Shown here piece by piece: positions 8,624-19,800 of a stretch of 56,064 nt of DNA. The position numbers were made by a program, and so were the translations under genes. The stretch lies in NCBI GenBank assembly GCA_947445025.1, contig CANFCB010000004.1:1-56064 (forward strand), read 5' to 3'. The notes under the pieces are model-generated. The model made no database searches. It saw only the letters and a list, made by a program, of their open reading frames with translations, and was not told the DNA's origin. Positions within the stretch are counted from its first letter, which is position 1. Every line of letters starts with the position of its first letter. Source of the stretch: Myxococcales bacterium (GTDB lineage: Bacteria > Myxococcota > UBA727 > JABDBI01).

Positions 8624-10261
8624 ATGAGCTACTTGGTACTTGCTCGCAAATATAGGCCGCAAACTTTTTTCGACGTGGTCGGACAAGATGTCATCGTCCA
8701 AACCTTAAGCAAAGCTTTAAACAGCGGCCGCATTGCTCATGCTTTTCTATTTACAGGAAGTCGCGGCGTGGGAAAAACCAGCATCGCCAGACTACTAGCC
8801 AAAGCGATGGCCTGCCAAAAGGGCATTAGCGATACCCCTTGTGGTAAGTGTTCTCATTGCATGGAAATCACCAGCGGTACTTCCATCGATGTGGTAGAGA
8901 TCGATGGCGCCAGCAACACCAGCGTCGACGACGTACGCGCTTTGCGCGAAACCATTCGCTACCAACCAAGCAGCTGTCGTTTCAAAATTTTTATCATCGA
9001 TGAAGTCCACATGCTTTCCAATAGCGCTTTTAATGCCCTGCTAAAAACGCTAGAAGAGCCGCCGCCACATGTTAAATTTATTTTTGCCACGACTGAGTCG
9101 CATAAGATTCCCGTCACGATTTTATCTCGCTGCCAACGATACGACTTCAAACGACTCAATATCGAAACTATAATTGATCGTTTGACGCATATTTTACAAA
9201 TTGAGAATATTTCCATCGCTGCCGAAGGCTTAATGCTCATCGCTAAAGCTGCCGAAGGCGGGATGCGCGACGCTTTGAGCTTAACAGATCAAGTCATCAG
9301 CTTCGCTGCCGAACACATCTCACTTGAAGATATCACGCAGATACTTGGCTTAATTGATCGCCAAAATATTGTACAGGCCACTGATGCCTTGATCCGCTCC
9401 GACGCCAAAACCGCGCTGGAGATCATTCATAAAGCTATGCTCAATGGTTATGACTTGAAGCAATTAATCGATGGCGTGACGACAGAACTTCGTCATTTGA
9501 GCATTGCAACTTCCATAGGAACTATTCTAGGATTTGCCGAATTGAGCAAAAGCGAAATCGATGCGATCGATCAAAAAGCCAAGTCGCTGGATGCCGCTGA
9601 TTTACAGCGCCTCTTTGCTATGGCGCTCGATAGCATCGACGGCATTTCCCGTTCTGAGCAACCAAAACTCATGACTGAGCTGGCCTTTTTACGAATGGCT
9701 GACCGCCCTGCTATGGCTGAAACCTCGACTATTATTCATGCCATCTCCAGACTAGAATCTTTAAGCAAAGGTGCTGATATGCCAATGCCTGTGCAAAAAA
9801 CAATTCCCTCGCCGCCTGCTGAAGTTGCTTTACATGTGACTAATATGGATCAATCGTGGCTACGCTTTGTGAATTTATGCATAGAAAACATGACCGCACT
9901 GGGTCACCATCTTGAGCATGCCCGCCTCATCAAAGTGACCAACGAACAAGGCCAAACCGTGATTCATATTGAGCTAGATCAGCAGTTTCATTTCCACAGC
10001 ATCGTGGAGGCAATTCATAATCCTGAGGCACAAGCATTGTTAACGTCTATTTATGGGGGAAATGCTTATCTAAAACCCGTTCTCACGCTAAAAGGAACAG
10101 CTGCAACAGCGCCGGTCACGATGACGATCACGCAAGCCCGTGAACTATCTCAGCAACAGGCTCAAGCAGCCCTAGAAGAGCAAGCAAGAAACCACCCGGT
10201 TGTGCAAAAGGCAATCGCACTTTTTGGTGGAGAAATCCGCTCAGTCAAAAGAAACGATTAA
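8624..10261 (+). CDS. dnaX: DNA polymerase III subunit gamma/tau
   Basis: MSYLVLARKYRPQTF, GSRGVGKTS, zinc-binding Cys, IIDEVHMLS, SRCQ; start corrected to ATG 8624. Confidence 0.98.
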   Translation: MSYLVLARKYRPQTFFDVVGQDVIVQTLSKALNSGRIAHAFLFTGSRGVGKTSIARLLAKAMACQKGISDTPCGKCSHCMEITSGTSIDVVEIDGASNTSVDDVRALRETIRYQPSSCRFKIFIIDEVHMLSNSAFNALLKTLEEPPPHVKFIFATTESHKIPVTILSRCQRYDFKRLNIETIIDRLTHILQIENISIAAEGLMLIAKAAEGGMRDALSLTDQVISFAAEHISLEDITQILGLIDRQNIVQATDALIRSDAKTALEIIHKAMLNGYDLKQLIDGVTTELRHLSIATSIGTILGFAELSKSEIDAIDQKAKSLDAADLQRLFAMALDSIDGISRSEQPKLMTELAFLRMADRPAMAETSTIIHAISRLESLSKGADMPMPVQKTIPSPPAEVALHVTNMDQSWLRFVNLCIENMTALGHHLEHARLIKVTNEQGQTVIHIELDQQFHFHSIVEAIHNPEAQALLTSIYGGNAYLKPVLTLKGTAATAPVTMTITQARELSQQQAQAALEEQARNHPVVQKAIALFGGEIRSVKRND

Positions 10262-10869
10262 CCACGACCAGCAGTTAAGATTTCTTTAATCGGATAATGT
10301 TTTGGAGGACCTATCTGCAGCGTTGGTTCCTTGGGTTCTGCTGACTTAACAGGTTTACGCCCAGGCTTTCCAGGCTCTTTTGGTGGCCCTGGTTCTTTGC
10401 GACGAATGCGAGCTGGAGGTGGCTCATCTTTTGGCTTTACCCCTTCTTTGGCAAGCGCACGCAATTTCCCGTCGACCAACGATAAAAATGCTTCCAAATC
10501 TCCCCGGGTAGCTAACTGTGCTTCTATCCAGCGCAATGGACCTTTTTTGGGAGTCATTTCATAAAGATTCCGCGCACGTGGACTTAAGTCCATGTCTTTG
10601 TCTAAGTAGCCGCCTACTTTATCGCCAACACCAACTAAACCCATGAGCGGATTTTGTGCGAGATAGATGCCACAAACTGTGACCTCGCCAATGCAAAATC
10701 GCGGCGCCCAACCACTGGATGGACCATACCAATACATTTCAGGATAGAGTTTGCGCTTTGCTAATTCTGTTACGGTTTCTTGATACCTGGGCCAACGATT
10801 GCCTAAAATTTGAGAAAGCGATTCATCATCAGGTATAAAATCTTTATCTTTTAAAGGGCTTTTGGCCAT
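10258..10869 (-). CDS. DUF3788-like protein with Pro/Lys-rich tail
   Basis: Likely start MAKSPLKDK at 10869; LYPEMYWYGPSSGWAPRF...VCGIY resembles the DUF3788 pattern. Confidence 0.6.
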   Translation of the reverse strand: MAKSPLKDKDFIPDDESLSQILGNRWPRYQETVTELAKRKLYPEMYWYGPSSGWAPRFCIGEVTVCGIYLAQNPLMGLVGVGDKVGGYLDKDMDLSPRARNLYEMTPKKGPLRWIEAQLATRGDLEAFLSLVDGKLRALAKEGVKPKDEPPPARIRRKEPGPPKEPGKPGRKPVKSAEPKEPTLQIGPPKHYPIKEILTAGRG

Positions 10870-11098
10870 TTTAACCTCAACAAAATCAAAAACAATAATT
10901 TGGAAAGACACATAAAATGCTGGCAAGTTCAGCAACTAAAGATCACATGGCGCTTAGTTTCGCATGAAACGGTCTAAAGTGGAACGACTTTTTTTCTAAG
11001 TTATCGCCATTTTATCGCTTGCTTTCGCAAAACAGCTCTTTTATACCTTTTGCAAATATGCTTAAGTTTGCGCTTAAATTCAATGGAGATATTTACAC

Positions 11099-11875
11099 AT
11101 GATCATAAAAACAAAATTTGTCACATTAATAAGTCTACTTGCAGCATTTGCTGCCCTCACCGGTTGCCCTAAAAAAGACGGAGCCACCAGCGCAGGTGAT
11201 CTGAAAACTGAGATGGAGAAAGTCAGTTACATCTTGGGTTACAGCACCGGCAAGAGTTTCAGCGAACAATCTGTTGACGTCGATACAAAAATTTTCCAAA
11301 AGGGCATGAAAGACGGCTTATCCAAGGAAGAAAAAACCCCAGTTATGACCGAAGAGCAAATGCGTGAAGTCATGCAGAACTTTAGAACCACACTCATGGA
11401 AAAACGTAAAAAAGAAACCGATGAAGCTGGTGTCAAAAATCTAAAAACCGGCGAAGATTTTCTCGCAAAAAACAAAGTAAAACCAGGCGTCGTTACCTTG
11501 CCAAATGGTCTTCAATATAAAGTGATCACCGAAGGCAAAGGCGACAAACCAGCCCCGAACGATAGCGTGACTGTCGATTACACTGGAACACTTTTGAGTG
11601 GCAAAACTTTTGACAGCACCAAAACCCGTGGCAAGCCTGCGACCTTCCCCGTCGGCACCACTATTCCTGGTATGTCTGAAGCTTTGAAAATGATGTCAAC
11701 CGGCTCTACTTGGGAAATTTATATCCCAGCCAGCCTCGGCTACGGTGCCCAAGGCGCAGGCGCAACTATTGGACCAAACGAAGTATTGATTTTCAATGTG
11801 CAGTTGATCTCAGTGGAAAAAGCTGCCAGCGAGGCCCCAAAAGCAGAGGGCAAAAAAGCTCCGGTCAAAAAATAA
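11099..11875 (+). CDS. FKBP-type peptidyl-prolyl isomerase (FkpA/Mip-like lipoprotein)
   Basis: Lipobox LTGC; KVSYILG dimerisation helix; GLQYKVITEGKG, YTGTLLSGKTFDS, IPASLGYG. Confidence 0.95.
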   Translation: MIIKTKFVTLISLLAAFAALTGCPKKDGATSAGDLKTEMEKVSYILGYSTGKSFSEQSVDVDTKIFQKGMKDGLSKEEKTPVMTEEQMREVMQNFRTTLMEKRKKETDEAGVKNLKTGEDFLAKNKVKPGVVTLPNGLQYKVITEGKGDKPAPNDSVTVDYTGTLLSGKTFDSTKTRGKPATFPVGTTIPGMSEALKMMSTGSTWEIYIPASLGYGAQGAGATIGPNEVLIFNVQLISVEKAASEAPKAEGKKAPVKK

Positions 11876-11897
11876 GACTTTTGTCTTATAGCTTAAC

Positions 11898-11926
11898 AGC
11901 ACTTCACTTCGGTGAGGTGCTTTTTT
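11898..11926 (+). terminator. Intrinsic terminator
   Basis: AGCACTTCAC-TTCG-GTGAGGTGCT followed by a T run, between convergent genes. Confidence 0.85.
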
Positions 11927-13250
11927 ATTTAATAGATTCTAAATGTTTCAAGAAAGCTTTGGCTTTTATAAAACCAAAAATTATTGGCGAAGACTGTACT
12001 GCACCTTGACTATCAATAAACAAAACAGTGGGCAAACCAACCACGCCAAAGCGCTTTTGCAATTCGTTTAACGCTTTGCTTTCGTGAGTCACGTCTACTT
12101 TAATTAAAACAAATCGACTCAGTGCTTTTTTAACGTCGATACTGGCATAAGTATACTGATCTAGTTCTTTGCAAGAAGCGCACCAGTCCGCATAGAAATC
12201 AATCACCACCGGTTTTTTAAGTTTCCTTGCCTCATCTATTTTTCCTTGAAAATGATCCAGAGACTTGTCGTTCTTGGTGACCATTGTCCAAAGATTATCC
12301 TGCACAATTAACGGAGCTGCCAGGCCATTTAAGCTTAACACTAAGATCAAAACGCCACAGCCTTGCGACAAAGTCGACACCTTAAATCTGTTTTTGAAAG
12401 AAAACTGCCACGCTCCCATGATCAAAGCAACGCATATCATGAGTATTAACATATGTACTCCAAGTACTCTTAAACGAACGAAAAAATCGTACAACCAACT
12501 CCAAGCAAACTGCAAATAGTAAAAAGCTGTGCTCAACATCACGACACCAAAGCTGCTTTTCACGACGTTCATCCAGGGACCACTCTTGGGAATGCGCGCA
12601 ATAAAAGAAGAGAACGTCCCTAAAACTAAAAAAGGAATCCCTAAACCAAAACTGTACAACGCCATCAAAAACACGCCGCGAAAAAGATCGCCATTGTTTC
12701 CCACTAAAGTTAAAATGAATGTCAAAATAGGCCCTGTGCACGGGGCTGCAATAATACCAGAAAGCAATCCCATTAAAAATACACTGGCATACCCGGTACC
12801 GCCCTGGCGAGAAACACGCTTTATAATTGATTGAGGCACTACTACATCAAAAGCATTAAACATGCTTAGTGCTAAAAGAATAAAAATACCGGCAAGGCAA
12901 CCAAGGATCCATGGACTTTGCAAACCTGAGCCAGCGAGCCTGCCAAATGAAACAAACAAAATGCCCAGAGTCGAATATAAAAGCATCATTCCCAGCACAT
13001 AAACCAAGGCGATGGTAAACCCGTGCAGATTTGATTTAACGCGCCGTGTTCCCATGATGCTAAGCGTAATCGGAATCAGTGGATAAACACAAGGTGATAG
13101 CGATGTCAAAAACCCAGCCAAAACCGCAAGCAACCCCGCCCACAGCAATTGATCACCATGAAGTGCTGCTTGAAAAGAATCCTCAAGCGACGAAGAATAG
13201 GCGCTGCTCGCAAACCCTAGACTCAAGAAAAACAAAGTTTTTATCTGCAT
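11925..13250 (-). CDS. dsbD: Thiol:disulfide interchange protein DsbD-like (TM + thioredoxin, no N-terminal Ig domain)
   Basis: LSPCVYPLIP and AAPCTGP TM cysteines; DFYADWCASCK thioredoxin motif. Confidence 0.9.
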   Translation of the reverse strand: MQIKTLFFLSLGFASSAYSSSLEDSFQAALHGDQLLWAGLLAVLAGFLTSLSPCVYPLIPITLSIMGTRRVKSNLHGFTIALVYVLGMMLLYSTLGILFVSFGRLAGSGLQSPWILGCLAGIFILLALSMFNAFDVVVPQSIIKRVSRQGGTGYASVFLMGLLSGIIAAPCTGPILTFILTLVGNNGDLFRGVFLMALYSFGLGIPFLVLGTFSSFIARIPKSGPWMNVVKSSFGVVMLSTAFYYLQFAWSWLYDFFVRLRVLGVHMLILMICVALIMGAWQFSFKNRFKVSTLSQGCGVLILVLSLNGLAAPLIVQDNLWTMVTKNDKSLDHFQGKIDEARKLKKPVVIDFYADWCASCKELDQYTYASIDVKKALSRFVLIKVDVTHESKALNELQKRFGVVGLPTVLFIDSQGAVQSSPIIFGFIKAKAFLKHLESIK

Positions 13251-13348
13251 ACAATCTCCACTAGCAGATCCGTCATTGAGACGATGCGCCTTTTTTACGA
13301 AACCGTCATATTTTAGAGCTGTTTTTTGACCCGCATCTAGGAGATTAC

Positions 13349-14752
13349 ATGACTAACCCGTTCCAGATAACACCAAATTCCGAAGAACCCATAAAGCCTA
13401 AACCCTCCCTCACCATCATCGCGTCCAACCCTACCAAAATCAATCAGGGTCCGGGCACCAAAGCGGAATGGCTAAAACTCGTTCCTGACACTAAAAGCAA
13501 AGGGGAGCCCTACACCATACCAACCAACGATATCCGATTTGTATTTAATGCAAAAGGCGCACTCAATAATGCTGGCGACCTACCCAATGCTACAGATAAT
13601 ACCCCACCAATTCCTTGCCATTTTCATCATCGTTTTGTCCACGCACCCAAACATTTACTAGAGCCAGCACTCGGAGCCATTAGCCAAAGTGAATGGCAAG
13701 ATTGGCGTTGGCAACAGCGAGAACGTTTACGTAAAATTGATCAACTTGATGGCATTATTAAAGTGACCGAAGACGAAAAAACCGCTTTCGCCAAGTCAGA
13801 TGCCATGTTTCACATGGGAATCACGCCGTATTATGCATCACTCATGGACAAAGATGATCCTAATTGCCCAATCCGGCTGCAATCAGTTCCGCAAATTGGT
13901 GAACTCGATATATTGCCCAGCGACCTAGAAGATCCTTTAGGTGAAGAAAAGGATATGCCAGTTCCAGGCATTACCCACCGTTATCCTGATCGTGTTCTTT
14001 TTTACACGAATCACAACTGCCCTGTTTACTGTCGCCACTGTACGCGCAAACGCAAAGTCAGCGACCCTAGCTCCATGGCCGACAAAGAACAGATCGAGCT
14101 CGCCTTAGCCTATATTGAAAAACATTCGGAGGTGAGAGACATCGTGGTTTCCGGCGGCGATCCCCTTTCACTTTCCGATGATCGCCTTGATTATATTTTA
14201 GGACGTCTACGCGCGATCCCTCATGTAGAAATTTTTCGCATGGGGACACGCAACCTCGTGACTTTACCACAAAGAATTACAGATGATTTAGCGAAAATGC
14301 TACGAAAACATCAGCCGGTTTTTATCAACACCCATTTTAATCACCCCAAAGAATGCACGGCCGAAGCTCTGGATGCCTGCCGCAAATTGGCCGACGCCGG
14401 CTGCGTCATTGGTAATCAAATGGTTTTGCTCAAAGGCGTGAATGATGACTGGCGCATCGTTAAAGAACTAAACCATCGCCTGCTTTTGATGCGCGTACGA
14501 CCTTATTACATGTATCAATGTGATCTATCGCAAGGAATTAGCCATTTCAGAACACCTATTTCTGTTGGTCTTGATATCATTGAAAACTTGCGTGGACACA
14601 CCTCAGGTCTGGCCATTCCAAGCTATGTTGTCGATGCTCCAGGAGGTGGCGGTAAAATCCCACTTCAACCTAATTACGTCAAAGAACATGACGGCAAAAA
14701 ATGGACGCTGCGCAACTTTAAGGGTGAGACTTACACTTATATAGAGCCATAA
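13349..14752 (+). CDS. KamA-family radical SAM, lysine 2,3-aminomutase-like
   Basis: [37 protein letters not shown] (PLP Lys); about 100-aa Pro-rich N-terminal extension. Confidence 0.93.
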   Translation: MTNPFQITPNSEEPIKPKPSLTIIASNPTKINQGPGTKAEWLKLVPDTKSKGEPYTIPTNDIRFVFNAKGALNNAGDLPNATDNTPPIPCHFHHRFVHAPKHLLEPALGAISQSEWQDWRWQQRERLRKIDQLDGIIKVTEDEKTAFAKSDAMFHMGITPYYASLMDKDDPNCPIRLQSVPQIGELDILPSDLEDPLGEEKDMPVPGITHRYPDRVLFYTNHNCPVYCRHCTRKRKVSDPSSMADKEQIELALAYIEKHSEVRDIVVSGGDPLSLSDDRLDYILGRLRAIPHVEIFRMGTRNLVTLPQRITDDLAKMLRKHQPVFINTHFNHPKECTAEALDACRKLADAGCVIGNQMVLLKGVNDDWRIVKELNHRLLLMRVRPYYMYQCDLSQGISHFRTPISVGLDIIENLRGHTSGLAIPSYVVDAPGGGGKIPLQPNYVKEHDGKKWTLRNFKGETYTYIEP

Positions 14753-14864
14753 TTTTTTTTATCGCGAAAACCCACTTGAATTAATTGTGAAAAGCACACA
14801 GACTGCGCACCTCAACCAAGTAATTGTAAGGTTTATAAAAGTGATTGAAAAAGAAGACTCATTA

Positions 14865-15104
14865 ATGGGGCGTCCAAACGCCAAAGGCGGCTCTAAGCGC
14901 CGACTTTCCGACTTTTACATGCAGAACAAGCTTCCTATCGATTATCACAATGTCGATATTTTGCGCCGGTTTTTGTCACCTGAAGGCAAGATTCTTCCTT
15001 CTAGAAGAACAGGTCTCACATCTAAAAATCAGCGTAAACTAACCTTGGCCATCAAACGTGCGCGCCTGATCTCCATTTTGCCTTTCTCAACGTTTGAAGT
15101 GTAG
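14865..15104 (+). CDS. rpsR: 30S ribosomal protein S18
   Basis: [43 protein letters not shown]; start corrected to ATG 14865. Confidence 0.95.
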   Translation: MGRPNAKGGSKRRLSDFYMQNKLPIDYHNVDILRRFLSPEGKILPSRRTGLTSKNQRKLTLAIKRARLISILPFSTFEV

Positions 15105-15177
15105 TATTTTCTGAAAGCTTTGCTTTATTTTGGGTGTGATTTTGTTGAATCCTCGTATCCTATGGTACTGTAGGAAC

Positions 15178-15492
15178 ATGATGCGATCACCCCATTGGAA
15201 TGCGGTTTTTATTGCAATCAGTCTTTTTCTGGTGGGTTACTGCCTACTAGCCCCTTTGGCCCTGCCAAAACTCTGGCAGATGCGGCACAAAGACAGTTCG
15301 TTGCGTGGTGAGATCGCGTCTTTAAAGAAACAAGTTCAAAAATTAAACCTAGAAGCGGCTTTGCTGATCGGCGACACAAGAGATTCACTAGAATATCTTG
15401 AATATGTTGCCCGAAAGGAGCATGGCTTTATTGGCCATGGTGAATTGTTGCTTCTTTTAAACGAACCTCTGGGGAAAAAAAGCAAACCATGA
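15178..15492 (+). CDS. Septum formation initiator FtsB/DivIC family
   Basis: TM helix, coiled coil, YLEYVARKEHGFIGHGE motif. Confidence 0.8.
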   Translation: MMRSPHWNAVFIAISLFLVGYCLLAPLALPKLWQMRHKDSSLRGEIASLKKQVQKLNLEAALLIGDTRDSLEYLEYVARKEHGFIGHGELLLLLNEPLGKKSKP

Positions 15493-16802
15493 AAAAAACC
15501 TTTATCCTTGACACCAACGTTCTTCTTCATGATCCAAGAGCCATGTTTAGCTTTGAGGATAACAACGTCGTTATTCCCATCTATGTGGTTGAAGAAATTG
15601 ATAATTTCAAAAAAGAACTTTCCGAATTAGGACGAAACGCACGGCAGGTCAGTCGTTATTTAGACAATCTCAGAGCAGAGGGTTCGTTATCTACCGGCGT
15701 GAAGCTAGATAGCGGTGGATCATTGCGTGTAGCCACAAGCGCACGCATGTTGCCGCCAGAAATCAGCACGGACAGAGGACAAGATTCCCGAATTTTGGCA
15801 GTGGCCCTCGATCTGCAAGAAAAGCTAGCTGGCATCGAAAAAATTGCATTCATTACCCAGGACACCAATTTACGCATTCGCGCCGACGCTATTGGGATAG
15901 AAACTGAAGGCTATGATCCGGAGCGCATCGAAACCGATGAATTGTATTCGGGATTCAGCGAGATAGAAGTCACTGGGCAACAAATTGATCACTTTTATAC
16001 CAACAACAGCCTGACACTACCTGATCCTTATTATGCACCGAACCAGTTTCTGGTACTGCGAGATCGTGACAATCCATCTCATACTGCGCTTGGCCGTGTC
16101 GACTTGCGTGATCACTGCGTAATGCCCATTTCGACTTTAAAGCATCAGGCCTGGGGCATTCGTCCTCGCAATAAAGAGCAAATTTTTGCGCTTGACCTAT
16201 TGCTAGATGATTCCATAAAACTGGTCACACTCATTGGCAAAGCTGGAACCGGTAAAACATTAATTGCCATCGCTGCAGGTTTACAAAAAGTTGCAGAAGA
16301 GCGCGTATTTCAACGTCTGCTTGTCAGCAGGCCTATTTTTCCCTTGGGCCGAGATATTGGATATTTACCCGGGAATATTGAAGAAAAATTAAACCCATGG
16401 ATGCAGCCTATATTTGACAACGTTGAATTTCTCATGGGACTGACGACAAAGGGACAAAAAACCTCGCGAAGCTATCGCGAACTGATTGATCTGAACCTCA
16501 TGCAAATTGAGCCTCTGACTTACATTCGTGGTCGATCTATTTCTTCGCAATTTATGATTGTCGACGAAGCGCAAAACCTAACTCCGCATGAAGTAAAAAC
16601 CATTGTTTCGCGTGCAGGCGAAGGCACCAAAATTATTCTAACTGGCGACCCGTACCAGATTGATAATCCATACGTTGATTCTACCAACAATGGCCTTGTT
16701 CATACCATGAATCGCTTTAAGTCAGAGCGTATCGCCGGTCACGTTAGATTGGAAAAAGGCGAGCGATCTGAACTTGCGGAAATTGCGGCCAATATTTTGT
16801 AG
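15489..16802 (+). CDS. PIN-PhoH (PhoH2-type) protein
   Basis: PIN start ILDTNVLLHDP; GKAGTGKT, YIRGRS, DEAQNLT, GDPYQID. Confidence 0.96.
   Translation: MKKTFILDTNVLLHDPRAMFSFEDNNVVIPIYVVEEIDNFKKELSELGRNARQVSRYLDNLRAEGSLSTGVKLDSGGSLRVATSARMLPPEISTDRGQDSRILAVALDLQEKLAGIEKIAFITQDTNLRIRADAIGIETEGYDPERIETDELYSGFSEIEVTGQQIDHFYTNNSLTLPDPYYAPNQFLVLRDRDNPSHTALGRVDLRDHCVMPISTLKHQAWGIRPRNKEQIFALDLLLDDSIKLVTLIGKAGTGKTLIAIAAGLQKVAEERVFQRLLVSRPIFPLGRDIGYLPGNIEEKLNPWMQPIFDNVEFLMGLTTKGQKTSRSYRELIDLNLMQIEPLTYIRGRSISSQFMIVDEAQNLTPHEVKTIVSRAGEGTKIILTGDPYQIDNPYVDSTNNGLVHTMNRFKSERIAGHVRLEKGERSELAEIAANIL
16584..16608 (+). repeat. Direct repeat copy 1 (within phoH)
   Basis: CCGCATGAAGTAAAAACCATTGTTT; 24/25 identical to 21651-21675. 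Confidence 0.85.
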
Positions 16803-16812
16803 AATCATACGT

Positions 16813-19800
16813 CTAATTTTTACTTTCAGCCCATAAATACAAAGTAGGAATTACTAATAAGGTCAAAAGTGTTGAGGTCAGAAGTCCGCCTATCACCACG
16901 GTGGCCAGCGGCCTTTGCACCTCAGCACCAAGCCCTGTATTCAAGGCCATAGGAATGAAACCAAGACTGGCAACCAGCGCAGTCATCAGCACCGGTCTAA
17001 GGCGAATCAATGAACCCTCGTATACCGCCTGCCGGACCGAGGCGCCTTTTTCGCGGAGTTGCCCAAAAAATGTCACGAGAACCATCGCGTTTAAAATAGC
17101 AATTCCCGTCAAAGCGATAAAACCAATGGCGGCAGAAACACTAAAAGGAATACTGCGCAAGTAAAGTGAAACAATTCCGCCGGTCATAGCGAATGGAATA
17201 CTCATATAGACAAGCAGAGCCTGTTTCATACTATTGAAATGCTTCAACATCACCAGGAAAATCCCTATTAAAATAATGGGCACCAGTATGAGAAGTTTTG
17301 CTCGTGCCCGTTGCAGATTTTTAAATTGCCCTCCCCATGCTAACGAATAGCCTGGCGGTAATTTGAGCTCTGCTTCCAATTTCATTTTAGCGTCTTTGAC
17401 AAAACTTTCCGTATCTCGCCCAGAAAGATTCACAGCAATACCAGCATAGCGCTGGCCTCGATCATGCGCGATGGTGGTCACCTGTTCATTCTTCTCGATA
17501 CGCGCGAGTTTTTCAAGTTTAACATAACCACGATCAGGAAGCGCTATTTGCAGCTGGCCTAGCTCGGCTGGGTTCTCACGACATTGCTCTGTCAGCCGAA
17601 CCACAATGGGAAAGCGCCAAGAAGACTCATAGTAACTTCCCACCGTATAGCCAGCCATGGCTGACTCCAGCGCACGATTAACCTCGCTAATGTCAACGCC
17701 GTAACGCGCAACCCGCTCGTGGTTTATTTGAATATTTAAGACCGGACTTTTTCTAAGCGCACTCAAGGCATCGAGCTCAACTTCAGACGCACCAGGCACT
17801 TTCTCAATTTTTGCTTTGGCGGCATCTAAGAGTTCAACCAGTTGATTCAAATCTTGTCCGTAAATTTTCAGACTAACATCAGCCCGACTGCCATCCAGAA
17901 TTTCGTTAAAGCGCATCTCGATGGGTTGATTTTCCATAATTTCTTGGCCGGGAACTTTTTTAGCAAGCGCAGCGCGGATTTTGGTAAACAATTTTTCTTT
18001 GGACTGCTGCACACCTGCGTTTTTTAAAATAACAAAGGTATCAGACAAATGAACACCCATCGGATCTGTCGCACTTTCTGGCGTTCCCATACGTGAAAAG
18101 ACAGTCTTAACCTCTTTAAAAGCAGATATTATTTTTTCGGACTTTTTTTGCATCTCCACGGATTTATCTAATCCGATGCTGCTGTCTCTGGTCAAATTAA
18201 TAACCATATCTCCTTCATTTAAGGCTGGCATAAAATCAGCACCCAAGGTTGCGAACAGCCAAAATGAAGCAACAGAAAAAACTATGACTGGCATCAGCAC
18301 GAGAAAACGACGGTGCAGTGAAAATACTAACACAGGCTGGTAGGCCCGCTTAATCAGAGAAAAAAGCCACGTGTCATGATGATTCTTTCTAACACTTCCT
18401 AAAACCAGGTGCACCAAAATCGGCATCAACAAAAGTGCGACCACAAGCGAAGCTCCCAATGCCATTAAAACCGTTTCCACCATGGGACGAAACAGTTTTC
18501 CTTCAATGCCCTCGAGAGCCAAAACTGGAACATAAACAGCCATAATCAAAAGCAGTCCCACCGATACGGTTCCCGCAACTTCTTTAGCAGAAAGCAACAC
18601 GATTTTGACGCGCTCCTCCCATGTTAGCGGGTTTTTTTCCTCAGAAAAACGGCGCAAAATATTTTCTACAATTACCACCGAGGCATCTACCAACAAACCA
18701 AAATCAATGGCACCCAAGCTCATTAAATTGGCAGAAATACCAAAATAGCTCATGCCTAGCGCCGCAAAAAGCATTGAAAGCGGGATAGCCAGCGACACTA
18801 ACAATGCTGCTCTTAGATTACCGAGCAACAAGAGTAGCACCGCAAACACCAAGGCTGCGCCTTCTGCCAAATTTCTGGCAATCGTCTTAATAGTTGCATC
18901 CACTAAAAATTGTCTGGAATATAGTATTTTTGTTACTACATCGGCTGGTAGCGGAGCCTGCGCCAAGGCCGCTTCGGCATCCATAGCAACTTGCCGAGAA
19001 TTTGCTCCATTCAGCATAAGGACTATTCCAAGTACCGCCTCTTCTCCATTATACGTGGCCGCTCCCAGACGTTGCGCAAAATCCTCACGCACCTCAGCCA
19101 CGTCTTTAACGAGAATCGGTTTTCCATAAACATCAATAGCAATCACGATCTCGCGAATTTGATCTAGATTGGTGATAGCCCCTTGGGTGCGCACGATGAT
19201 CTGCTGTCCGCGATCTTGAATATAACCGCCACCAAAATTTTCACCCAGCGTTTCTAGTTTTTTGATGAGGTCATTCACCACCAAACCCCTCGTCGCTAAT
19301 TGGTGAGGATTGGCATCCACATGAATCTCTTTCTTGAACCCACCCGTCGAATCGATTTCAGCAATACCGGTCACAGTGGACTTTAAATGCCTACGAACCA
19401 CAAAGTCTTGCAGCGTGCGTAAATAAAGAAGACGTTCCGTTTGCGTTTTTTGCGCAAGCAAAGAGCCAGGTTTGGCCAATAAAGTGTACATAAGCACCTC
19501 ACCTAAACCGGTGGTAATCGGTGCCAGTTCTGGCGACAAACCTTTAGGCAAGAGTGAACGAATATTTTGCACGCGTTCAGATACTTGCTGGCGCGCCCAA
19601 TAGATATCGGTGCCATCTTCAAAAAAAATGACGACTTGAGAAAGACCATATTTAGCCAAGGAACGAATATCTTTGCTGTGGGCAATACCGGCCAACTCTG
19701 CTTCAATAAACGAGCCCACCGTCTTTTCTATCTGCTCAGGATCGAGCGCGCCGGTTTTGGTGTTCACCACCACTTGAACGGGCGTAATATCGGGCACAGC

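Noticed and set aside
8403-8627. ORFs 8403-8627 and 8428-8610, and the 5' extension of dnaX
   Set aside because: They overlap the tRNA-Ser and SRP RNA genes; spurious.
9791-9803. A6 run in dnaX as a gamma/tau frameshift site
   Set aside because: It reads GTG CAA AAA ACA in frame, not an A AAA AAG heptamer; there is no A9 run or nearby stimulatory hairpin that I could see.
13349-14752. Call as EpmB (EF-P modification)
   Set aside because: No efp/epmA nearby, and length and motifs fit the longer KamA type; left at family level.
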